This document shows positions 24,468 through 35,688 of a DNA stretch of 64,000 bases, in pieces. A program made the position numbers and the translations under genes. Positions within the stretch are counted from its first letter, which is position 1. Each line of letters begins with the position of its first letter. Origin of the DNA: Elsinoe ampelina (Eukaryota); assembly GCA_010093995.1 (NCBI GenBank), contig ML992505.1, forward strand, positions 1,009,147 to 1,073,146, read 5' to 3'. Under the pieces are notes generated by a model that was given only the letters and a program-made list of their open reading frames with translations, was not told the origin of the DNA and did not search any database.

Positions 24468-25018
24468 CTTGACAGCTGTGAGTCGAAGATGGGCTTCGTT
24501 GACGATAGTGATGTCGACTTGGAAGTCAGAGTGTTGGCGTTTGCGGAAGACGATCGATTGCTCAGTTCAGCCGGAGTCTCAATGTCACGTGCGGGGGCCG
24601 CGAACGTGCATCACCACGAAACCTTACCACTCCGTCAGTCCAACCGTGTCGACCACAGAGCATTTGCTTATTCACCTTCCGTTCCTGCATCCCCACTCCG
24701 TCTGCGACATCAGAAACAAAGACTGGCCACGCAGTTTGAGCATTGCGTCGCTTGACAAAGTTTGACAAACACGCGGCCACCACCGGATCAGTCCTTGACG
24801 AGCCTCCTTAGATCGGCTTGCTTGGTGTCGCGCCTCGAACAACACCATACAGGATCGCGAGCGATGTTTGTCTGAAACACAAAGAAGGTCTGATTGGCAA
24901 ACAGTCAGATCATTTGTCCCTCCACCGCACGAGGGTCACCAGCCCTGGTCGCGGGTTATATGCTGTTGCTGTCCTCAGACCACAGTAGCAAGATTAGCAC
25001 TACAGGGTATTATTCAGG

Positions 25019-28000
25019 ATGGCGCAATACCAGGGTAGAGACTACGGCGGCCGACCACCTGGATATGGTCCTCCATCTGGACACCAGCGCGATGCTGCCT
25101 TTTCGAACATCTTTGGGGCACATCCCCCACCAGGCCGATCACAGACCATGACGAATGTCCCAGGCGCTGTTCCTCAACAACAGCGAGCTGCGACCATGTC
25201 TTCACAAATGCAGCCACGACCTCCCCCGCCTCCTCAAAACGACTTTGCTCCAAGGCCCCCGCCGGTACGACAACCTGTGAATGGATATCCTCAACAACAG
25301 CAAATGCCGCATCGGCCAATGGTAAACGGAGATCATGGGCAAGAGCATGCAGGTCATCCTCCGCCCCATAGACAGTCGTATCAGCAGCAACAACCACAGC
25401 AAGCGCCTCCTCAGCAGCAGCAACCACAACAGCAATCTCAACAACCGCAGTATCTACCTCAGCCGTTGCGACCCGATCGTCGGCCGTATGGCGCGCCGAC
25501 TCGGTTGGATCCACGAGGCGCTCCGCCGACCGCACAGTACACTCGTGCATACGCACCTCGACCCTATGTTCCAGCTGGTCCAGGTCCAGGCCCAGCTTTG
25601 AACTCGGACGCAGGACGATCACAGTCTATGGCCTCAACTTCGCGACCTTCATTTCAGCCGACAAATCCGAATTACAGCATTTCTCCAGCACATACTTTCA
25701 GGCAAGCGCCGTATATGGGACGGACGACGGCGCAAGGTAGAGTGGTACCCGATCGACCACCAGATGAGAGGACAATGTCCATGTCGTCTTATACAAGAGA
25801 TTCGGAATATTCGCAGACCATGAGCAGTGGACGTGTCATTCCTGCCAGGAAGCGAGGTGACTCTGGCGACCCAGAATGGCCGAGTGAGAGACCACCACCG
25901 AATGTGCGGCCAAATGGCGCAGTGGACGGACAGAAACCTCGAGTTCCTTCGCAAGGCAGCGTACAGTCGAGAACCATGTCTATGGCTTCTACAATGACTA
26001 CCATGACTACCATGACTACCATGACTTCGCCATCACTCAACTATGATGAAACAGCTTCGCCACGACCGTCACAAAATCCTCTTGGTCCTACTACGACGAG
26101 GTCTAATAGCCAATTGACTGGTAGCACCATGGTTGCGCAAAAACGGCCCTCTCTGGTTTATGGCGCACTTCTTTCCAAAGTTGCACAGGCGTTCCGCGAA
26201 AGGACGTCGATCAGTGAAAAGGAGAAGGATGGATTGGTGTACAAGAATGCCTTTACTGGCTACGAAGCTGTGGAGCTCATCGCATACATAATTCGCACAT
26301 CCGACAGGAATCTTGCTTTACTCCTTGGTCGCTCACTGGACGCACAAAAGTTCTTTCACGAAGTCGCCTACGCGCACCGTTTGCGAGACTCGCCGAATGA
26401 GATCTACCAATTCAAGGAAGCTGTGGTTGATGAGACTCCGGAGGTGAATGGTGTCTTTACATTACTGACTGAATGCTATTCGCCAACCTGTACACGAGAT
26501 CACCTTTGCTACTCGATAGCATGTCCACGAAGACTGGAACAACAATCACGACTGAACCTCAAACTCCAGCCAGGTCTCAAGCGGGAGTCCTCTCAGGCTA
26601 GTCTTCACGAAGAGGAGAAGAACGATGAGCAGCGACTGTGGATCAATACTGTCTCTGCAGAGGTTGCTGACAGTGTAGACGAAAGCGAGAAGCGACGACA
26701 AGAAGTCATTGCCGAACTCATGTACACGGAACGAGACTTTGTTAAGGATCTCGAATATCTCCGCGACTTTTGGATAAAGCCGCTTAGAAATCCGGCCATG
26801 TCACCCATCCCTGAGCACCGTCGCGAAAAGTTCATCCGGACTGTTTTCTCGAATTGTCAAGAGGTTCATGCAGTCAACGTACGTCTTGCTAGTGCATTGA
26901 CGAGGCGACAACAACAAAATCCTGTCGTTCGAAACGTCGGCGACATCTTCCTTGAATATGTACCTCAGTTCAGTCCATTCATCAGATACGGCGCCAACCA
27001 GCTTTTTGGAAAGTTCGAGTTTGAAAAGGAGAAGGCATCCAATCAACAATTTGCACGCTTCGTCGAAGAGACGGAGAGGCTCAAGGAGTCGCGCAAGCTA
27101 GAACTCAATGGTTACCTGACTAAACCCACGACTCGTCTTGCAAGGTATCCCTTGCTACTAGGCGGTGTTCTCAAGGCGACAGCAGATGATAATCCTGATA
27201 AGCAAGACATCCCGAAAGCCATCGAGATGGTCAAGAGCTTCCTTGGAAAGGTCAATGAGGAATCTGGAAAGGCTGAGAACATTCAACAACTCATGCAGCT
27301 CAACCAGTCATTAAAGTGGGGCAATATCCCATATGTCGACCTCAAGCTCACAGAAGAGTCGCGACAACTCATCTTCAAGTCGAATCTGAAGAAGTCACCG
27401 ACCGCCGAAGTCGCCGATATTCAGGCCTATCTGTTCGACCATGCTGTGCTTCTGGTCCGGCAAAAGATTGTCAACAAGCGAGAGGAACAGAAAGTTTACA
27501 GGAAGCCTATACCGCTTGAATTGCTAGTGGTCGCTCAGATGGAGGAACTTGCTCGGTACAGTCTATCGAAACGACCATCATCGAGCATGATCCCAGGAGC
27601 TAGAAGCATGGCCAACAATCAACCGAAAGACCAAGGCTATCCTCTGACGTTCCGGAGATTGGGCAAGGGTGGATACGAGCTGCAGCTCTTCTGCACCTCG
27701 CAGATCTTGCGAGAGAAGTGGATGGAGCACATCCATACTCAGCAAGAGAAGCTGCGGGAGAGGAGCAACGTCTTTACCAAGACCAACATCAGTGAGAACT
27801 TCTTTTCTGCGGCCATTCGCGTCAATTGCTGTGTGCCCATTGATGGCGCCAGGAAGCTCGTCCTCGGCACTGACTTTGGTATCTACGTTGCTGATCGGAA
27901 GCCAAAGGATGGCAGCAAGCCAAAGCGTCTTTTGGATGCTAAGCTGGTCACGCAGATTGATGTGCTCGAGCAATATCAGATTCTCCTTGTTTTGGCCGAC

Positions 28001-28874
28001 AAGGTCATGTACACGTATCCTTTGGAGTCTCTGGATCCCGAGGAGAGTCAAGCAGCGCCGAGCAAGAGAGGCCGAAAGATCTGCCACGCCAACTATTTCA
28101 ACGCGGGTATGTGTAACGGCAAGCTGCTGGTCTGCTGTGTGAAGAGTAGCTCGCTCAGCAGCACGGTCAAGGTGTTCGAGCCGATGGACAGTGTGGGCAA
28201 GAACAAGAAGAAGAGTGGCTTCTCAAGGATGCTTGCAGGCGGACAAGATGTCCTGCGGCCATACAAGGTGAGCATAAGGATTTCTACTTCACTCACCAAT
28301 ACTAACGATCCCAGGAATTCTACATTCCCATGGAATCCAACAGCATCCACTTCCTCCGGAGCAAGCTCTGCGTCGGCGGCGCTAAAGGTTTCGAGATCGT
28401 ATCTCTGGACACACTCGAGACACAATCACTTCTCGACCAAGCCGACACATCCCTCGACTTTGTCGTCCGCCGCGAGAACGTCAAACCTATCTACATCGAA
28501 CGCACACCCTCCGAATTCTTACTATGCTACACCGACTTTTCCTTCTTCGTCAACAAGAACGGCTGGCGAGCCCGGAACGACTGGAAGATCGTCTGGGAAG
28601 GCGCACCAACAGCGTTCGCCACCTGGGGCGACAAGTACATCTTGGCTTTTGAGCAGGATTTTATCGAGGTCAGGCTTACGGAGACTGGCGGACTGGTTTG
28701 CGTGCTTACGGCGAGGAATATTCGCTTCTTGCATAGTAGCAGTAGAGAGGTGAGCAGGATCCTAAGGATCAAGTTTGAACAGGTCACTGACATTTCCAGA
28801 TATTGTACGCATACGAGGACGAGGCAGGAGAGGATGTCATTGCCAGCTTGGACTTTTGGGGGAACAATCACTGA
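25019..28874 (+). CDS. ROM2: Rho1 guanine nucleotide exchange factor Rom2/Rgf1 (DEP-DH-PH-CNH); introns ~28268-28315 and 28750-28799
   Basis: DEP YKNAFTGYEAV...LLGRSLDAQKFFH, ECYSPTC. DH RQEVIAELMYTERDFVKDL...KPTTRLARYPLLL. PH domain, CNH domain, and last exon ILYAYEDEAGEDVIASLDFWGNNH*. Confidence 0.95.
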
Positions 28875-29492
28875 GCCGGCTTTGGAGGGAGCGATCTGGC
28901 AGCCACGCAGAACGCATAGCAATTCCAGGTGCCCACTTACCGAGCCGCGAGAGAATTGTAGGCATGGTTGGGAGGGTGCAAAGTCTTGAGCCAGGGATGG
29001 GCAGACGGGGGAGGACGTGAAGGTACAAGGCAGAAGGATACGCAGCAGACGAGCGATGAATAGACGGCACGTATTTTCGCTATGAGATACACGGGCATCA
29101 TGGAGCGAATGTTTACCTCGCGCACTCAGTGTCGCGCTTTTCTGTTTAATGGTGGAGGGGAATGATATGGTTGTGTTGTGGTTTACCTTCATGCTTCTTG
29201 CGTGTTGGCTGTGGATTTGCTATGTCTTTGTCTGTCCAGGCGTCACCATAACTACCAGTCCTTTGCCACCCCCTTCCAACCCCTTGATCTGTATCCGATT
29301 CAACCAGGGTCGTGCATCCTGCCTTCCAATACTTCACTTCTCATGCTGCAGCTCCTCTCCCAGCTTCCCGGCCCTCCGCTCTCTCCTCCCGTAGCTTTGG
29401 CCCCGCTTCCCCCCACCTCCACGCCACCACCTCCGATTTCGCCCTCCTGAGCTCAAAAATCATGCAAAAGTGACGAGACAACCCTCAAAAAA

Positions 29493-29575
29493 AGCTCCTG
29501 GTGGGGCTCGAACCCACAGCCTCGAGATGTCAATGGTTTTAGAAGTCTCGCGCGCTACCATTGCGCCACAGCTTA
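29493..29575 (-). tRNA. tRNA-Arg(TCT) with short intron; 5' acceptor strand damaged (probable pseudo-tRNA)
   Basis: A box TGGCGCAATGG, D stem GCGC/GCGC, anticodon stem CGAGA/TCTCG with TCT at 29543-29541, ~11-nt intron, B box GGTTCGAGCC, 3' CAGGAGC then a T7 terminator. The 5' strand is TAAGCTG, so only 3 of 7 acceptor pairs form. Confidence 0.85.
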
Positions 29576-31405
29576 GACAAGTTAGTATTGGGGATATGGG
29601 AACTTGCGGGACGGCGCGCTTACGAGCAAGATTTGCCAATCGTTTCCAGCTGGTTCTTGTGACGAGTCAGGGAGGAGGTAAATTTTGAGTTGTATATATT
29701 ACTAGTTATTTGATGAGAATTGAAATTCAATGGGACTTGAACAGGAAAATTTCGAAAGAAGTGCTGGTTCTAAGGAGGTGGCGAGGTGGCGAGGTCATGG
29801 GGTGGCAAAACGGTGTGAGGTTGGAGTACATGACGAACAAGCTGAGTCTGTGTTAAGTTGCCCATAGTTATGCGTCCTGGTCGTACGGCGGTAGGGTACA
29901 TATTGTCGGTTGATTGATGAGGTGTCCCAGTGGAACCTAGACGATTCTCTGTCAATTGACAACACTATAAGTCTACCTTGGCTACGTTAGGGTGTCTGTA
30001 ACATACACACAGATCTTGCTCCTATACACAAATATAGGAAAGACATCTGGTAGTATCTACCTTCCAACTACCAGGCTAAATACCATCCTGTTGTAGGAGG
30101 TAACGCCGATCGCCGATGGATTCTAGCGATTGTAGCAATGGGTATCGCTTCGACTGATGCGGCCGAATGGCCGTGAGTCGACTTCCATTCCACCTCTACC
30201 TCGTCTCCCTCTTCAGCACACCTTCAGCAGGTGAAGTGGTCTATTGACTGCTTGTTCACGGTTGTTATGGTAGTATCGCGCTAGTTCTTCCACTGCGTTT
30301 GATCATCTCGGGGTGGATAAAGGTTTCAAGCATCTTACATGTGCGGAATCAGGACGTGGGAGATTTGCTCTGCACTATGTGATTGCGGTGTCTCACCTAG
30401 GGTCATACCGCCCACACCAACGATGTATTCTGGAACGATCGAGCATGCAATAGAGTATTTCTCATGCTAGTAGTAGGTCATGAAGCTCATCTTGGCTCCG
30501 TCTTGCTGATAGCGGATCACAACCTAAGATCTGATCGAACCAAGTAGTGTGACAAGACGAGTACTACCAGGTATCGTTGAAAGTAGCCGGATACAAGATC
30601 TCAGGCTTCCCTTCCGGAGGGGCGGGTACAGATCGTTGTTCAGTCCCTAAGCGGACCATCGCTCTGTCTTGTTCGATAGACCGACGCATCCGAGACCAGT
30701 CATGTCGACTGGACCATGAACGATAACCTCTTTACCTTACCAGCATTGTGGGGGTGTGCAACTTCGGCAGCCTTCATCATCCAGTGCCTGTGATTGAAGG
30801 AAGCGCTGATCGTGATCAATCATACACGGCAGGATATGAGAATAATCAGGTCTTGCCGACCTCGCAGCCGTCGAAGCAGGTATCAGCACATACAACATTT
30901 GCCCATGATAGCTTGCAGATGTAGCAAGTATCAGCACGATAGGAAAGGCATGGACTTACGAAGCATTTTCTCAGTGCTTTCGTATCAAACTCACCATGTT
31001 CGTACAATTGAAGATCAGCAATCAGCACCGTGCCTCTGCCTGTGTGTCATGGCGAAATATACTGGGTGAAGCACATCTTCAGAGAGGAGGCACATGGATA
31101 CAGTCGCTGTACCTCTTGAGAGGACATGAATGCTTTCACTCGTCTCTCAAGAACCGCCAAAGTCGTCTTTGAGCGGGTGATGAGCTTGTATGCCCTCTTT
31201 TATCGTCACCTCAGCCATCTAACCTCTGACGGGGATACCGTCAGCTGGGTGTAATGCAGTCCAGCAGAGCTCGGTCACAGGGAGGCGACTACATGGCAGC
31301 CTCCCAGAAAGTGTGGACCTTTCCGGCCCCGAATGAGTCAGTACCCGTGCAGTATGTGAGCCCTCGTTCAGCTTCTTTGCTTCGTCCTGCTTCTATATTT
31401 CGATT

Positions 31406-31453
31406 GCTTCTTCTTCGCTCCGACTTGCTTCTTCTTCGCTCCGGCTTGCTTCT
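31406..31453. repeat. 21-bp tandem repeat (~2.3 copies) inside a short K-rich minus-strand ORF
   Basis: gcttcttcttcgctccgactt gcttcttcttcgctccggctt gcttc. A second 21-bp direct repeat, gggttcgtgatctt(c/a)cccggc, occurs at ~31538 and ~31615. Confidence 0.7.
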
Positions 31454-31761
31454 TTGCTTTGTCCACACTCCGCGCTAATCCTTGTAGGTCTTCCTGGTAG
31501 GTATTTTGTACGTCTCGTGGTGTGCTGCAGATTCTTTTGGGTTCGTGATCTTCCCCGGCAACCTTGCATGTATTCCTGATAGGAGAATCGCGCATCTAGT
31601 CGTCTGCCATTTCTGGGTTCGTGATCTTACCCGGCGGCTGTGATCCGGGCCTGAGGCCCAGAAGTCTCCCATAGTCGAGTGCTTCTCCCTTGTCTTGCGT
31701 TCCACACTTCACCATGGCATCCGCATTCGCATCCCAGTAAGAGCACAGCGCATCCTTAAGC

Positions 31762-33481
31762 ATGACTTCGAACATGGACGGTCTGGTCATGAGCCATGTT
31801 CGTCTTGAATCAGACGGCATCAACCTCCTCGTCAATGGACATCCTAGGGCTCGGATTTACGAACTGAGAAGAGTCTTCTACCCATACAAACCGAGTAGAT
31901 GTGTTGAGACGAGTGCCACACTTGCTAGGACGGAATCCTGGATGATTGCACAGATCAGGCACTACGGCCTTCAAGTGCCACCACATCCTACCAGAGCTGA
32001 CCTGATATCGACGATAAGAGATGCAATCGAGCGGAATCCTGTAAGCCTCTCTCACTAGAGGTCGTGCCCCAGCTGACGAATAACAGTTCCTGGCGCCACC
32101 TAGGCGTTTGTTTGAGCTGCAGAAGCGAATACAGGCCCGAGCAGACCCGAACAAACCAGGTATCAGCCTTATCCAACGAGAAACAAAGTTGCGGGAAATG
32201 TTCTCGGAACGTCCTTCCCATTCGGAGCAAGCGGCCCTCGACATGGATTACTTTGTTCGCCACCACTTCCTCGGTCCTAATGCACGGTACAGCTCGGTGC
32301 ATAGGACCGGGCTCATCTGCTTGGAGAACTTCAGACATTCGGCTTACGCGGCCATGATTTGCCAGAAGTACAGGTTGTCGTACAAGGTAGTCGGATTCGG
32401 CGAAACCACTACCATCTTCCTCGGCGGAGACCACGCAATGGTCCACAATTACGCTTTACATCGAGACATACAACGGCGAGAGGAGATGAGATCACTCAGA
32501 GCAGCTCGATGGCTCAACTACCAGCAGATGCACCAGATAGTGCTTGACTCATCATCCAATAGTCCTAAGGATTCAGAGGCTTGGGTGCCGGGACTGTATG
32601 GTATCCAATGTGACCCGCTTGCTGAGGAATTCGAAAGCACTGACATGCTCTTGGAAATCAGATCCGACGTCTTTGGAACTTGTCGCATTGGCTATCTTCG
32701 TTTCGGTGCCTTCCAGGCCGCTTTCATTATCGCTCATGATGAGCAGGAGTTGCAGAAGCACGGCGACATTCTCGAAAGCCTAGTGATACCTCGGACACAC
32801 TTCGATGACTCCAGCGAAGACTCCGATTCTGAAGGTCCTGACTCGGGAGAATTTGAGCTTGATGAAGCGAACAACTCTGAGGGAGGCGACTTTCCCGAGG
32901 ATGGCGCCGGGATTGACGATTCCGAGCTGCTTCACTCTATGGACGATTCTGACGTCGAAGAAGACTTCTCCGACGACGACGACCACGAGTGTGACAATTT
33001 GGACGAGGATGAGCGCAAGGAGGACGAGTCCAATTCAGACGGATCGATGGACTCCGACCCGGAGAAGAGAGATGAGGGGGGTTGCCACGAGGGTGAGGAG
33101 AAGAGCGAGGACGACGAAAGCGAGAGAGGAGAGCATGAGGTCGAGGCAGAGAGCAAGGGCGAGGGCGAGGTGAAGACAGAGGGCGGAGAGGAGGCAACCG
33201 AAGATCCGGCCTCTCCAGACCGGCTGGTCCTTCTAGATACTTCAGGTAGGGAGAGCCGCGGGGTAGACGAGGCTCCGTCCGATGGTACCTGGCAGGGATA
33301 CATCCAGTTGCGGAGCTGTGAGCGCCATGGCATCGGCAGACTGGAGATGAGGCATGGTGTGGGATGTGGACTCTTTCTCTGCGATCGAGAAACGGCGTCG
33401 ATGTTGGGATCCATCAAGTTGTCCCATGGTGCTCAAGTGGAGCTGATAGGGAAACGGATTGGAGCTACACCAGACCATTGA
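31762..33481 (+). CDS. Hypothetical protein with WxxAQxxHYGL motif and long acidic tract (intron 32041-32086)
   Basis: ORF 31762-32040 (NGHPRA...SWMIAQIRHYGL) splices via GTAAGC..GCTGAC..CAG in frame into ORF 32108-33481. D/E-rich stretch at 32800-33200. Confidence 0.7.
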
Positions 33482-34035
33482 GTTGCCAGTCACAGCCAGC
33501 TTTCAAGGCGCGCGCCTTGTCCCTGACAGTTTTCTTTGTCGTAATCTTCGACGTGGTATGCAGAAGCCCACAATCCTTCGCAAGTTCGCCAACGTAATCT
33601 GCTCACATACAAGCAAGACCATCCTTTGCGTGATGATAGACGTGCTGTGCCGTGAGACTGTCTCGGGTATCCTGCCATTGGCTCCAAGTTCTCATGCCGA
33701 GCAGCGCAATCTGACCTTTCCAGACTGCGACCAGAGCTGGTCAATAGTGGATGCCATGTGAAACCTCAGCTTGCTATCTTGTTTCCTCCAGGCACGGCGC
33801 CGCCAATTCCTCCCTGGGGATCCATTGCGTGTCGGCCACACAGCAGCTCGATTGAGAGCACGTGCAATGTGCGGAACTGTGATTCGTATGAGGTGGCGTT
33901 ACAGTGCAAAGTCGCCTAATGTCAGTGTTGGTGCCTGACGGGTTTTGTGGGGCAATGAAGTTGTTGCTGCAGGTTCAAAACTACAGTACAGTCAAATTCG
34001 CTTCAAACGAGCCACCCAGTCTTGGCGCGGAACCA

Positions 34036-35512
34036 AAAAAAGGTCTTACGACTTTTTGCCGGGGGGGGGGGGCCCGGGGGAGAATTTGCCACCCGCTTTT
34101 ATATTGACAATAACGTACTAATTATACGTAGTATATAGAAGATCTATATATCGTTAGATTCGTCTTAAAGAGCTCTATCTAGTAATATAAAGTTTAGATC
34201 AAGAAACGTTATATCTAGCTAAGTAGGTTTACTAGTAAAACTCTGTCATTTTTCTCTACCTAGCTCTTTACTTACTATATAAAGGTTTATAGTATATATA
34301 GCCTATATAGAAGGCTAGTTTAGAAGCTATACTTGGAGCGCGTACTAGCTATATAGCCTAATATAGCTTATAGACAGTCCTAAAGGTGTTAGAAGAGTAA
34401 ATACTAGGATTTACCTAGGGTGGTCGAGTGGGTTAATACTATACTCTTTAGAGTATAGTAATTACAACGTGACTTTTCGTGAAATTTTTGTGTTTTTTGA
34501 TGTTTTTACGTGTATTAGTAAGCTCCTTTTATAATCTAAAGTATTTTTTCTATACTATAAAAAAATCTACATTTTTTGGTACTACTTTCGCTTACGTAAT
34601 CCTAGATCCTGATTTTTAGAAGAAGAAAGAAATTTGAAATCACTACTAAAAATCAGGATCTAAGATTACGTAAGCGAAAATAGTACTAAAAAATGCAGAA
34701 TTTTTGATGGTATAGACAAAATATCTTTATTAGTAAAATACGCTTACTAATGCACGTTAAAATATCAAAAAACACAAAAATTTCACGAAAAGTTATATTG
34801 TAATTACTATACTCTAAAGAGTATAGTATTAACCCACTTAACCACTCTAGATTTACCCCTCTTAGGCTAGTATAGGAGCTATAGAATAATTAAAGATATA
34901 TAAAATATATATATAGGTAGCTAATAAGTAGTACTAGAAGTATATATAGGCTATAGCTTAGTAGAAGCTTAGTTTAAATACTTATAATAATATAGAATTT
35001 ACTAGTAAAATATACTATTTTAAAAGAGCTTCTACTAAGCTAAAGCCTATACGCGCTTCTAGTACTACTTATTAGCTACCTATAGATATATTCTATATAT
35101 CTCTAGCTACTCTATAGCTTATATACTAGTCTAAGAGGAGTAAATTCTAAAAATATCTCTTCTACTACTTATAGCGCCTTTTATAAGCTATATTAGGCTA
35201 TATAGCTAGTACACGCTCCGAGTATAGCTTCTAAACTAGCCTTCTATATAGGCTATATATACTATAAACCTCTATATAGTAAGTAAAGAGCTAGGTAGAG
35301 AAAAATAACAGAGTTTTACTAGTAAACCTACTTAGCTAGATATAACATTTCTTACTCTAAACCTTATATTACTAGATAGAGCTCTTTAAGACAAATCTAA
35401 CAATATATAGATCTTCTATATACTATATATAGTTAGTACATTATTGTTAATATAAAACCGAGTAGTAAATTCTCCTTCTACTTTATAAAAAAGTTATAAA
35501 ATCTTATTTTAG
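34036..35512. mobile_element. Non-autonomous foldback element: ~500-bp inverted arms, ~57-bp loop, left arm interrupted by a MITE
   Basis: 34036-34415 plus 34858-34969 is the reverse complement of ~35027-35512 (e.g. ggagaatttgccacccg vs cgagtagtaaattctcc). Differences are mostly transitions. Confidence 0.8.
34416..34849. mobile_element. hAT-type MITE, 434 bp, ~200-bp TIRs, 8-bp TSD GATTTACC
   Basis: TSD at 34408-34415 and 34850-34857. Ends TAGGGTGG...CCACTCTA. Arms 34416-34619 and 34646-34849 are inverted copies. Confidence 0.85.
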
Positions 35513-35515
35513 AGC

Positions 35516-35688
35516 AGGGGAGAGAAATTTGCTACTCGGTTTTATATTAGCGATAGTACGCTAATTAGGCACTAGATATAGAAGATCTATAGATTGTTAG
35601 ATTTGTCTAAAAAAGCTCTATCTAGTAATATAAGGTTTAGAGTAAGAAATGCTAGATCTAGCCTAGTAGGTTTACTAGTAAAACTCTA
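35516..35688 (+). repeat. Third, truncated copy of the foldback arm
   Basis: ggggagagaaatttgctactcggttttatatt...tactagtaaaactct matches 34076-34245. It is cut by the Gypsy LTR at ~35689. Confidence 0.8.

Noticed and set aside
25994..26030. ATGACTACC tandem repeat
   Set aside because: Ordinary coding microrepeat (MTT)n in the disordered N-terminus of ROM2.
30737..31069. Short ORFs with splice-like signals
   Set aside because: No coherent multi-exon frame could be assembled.
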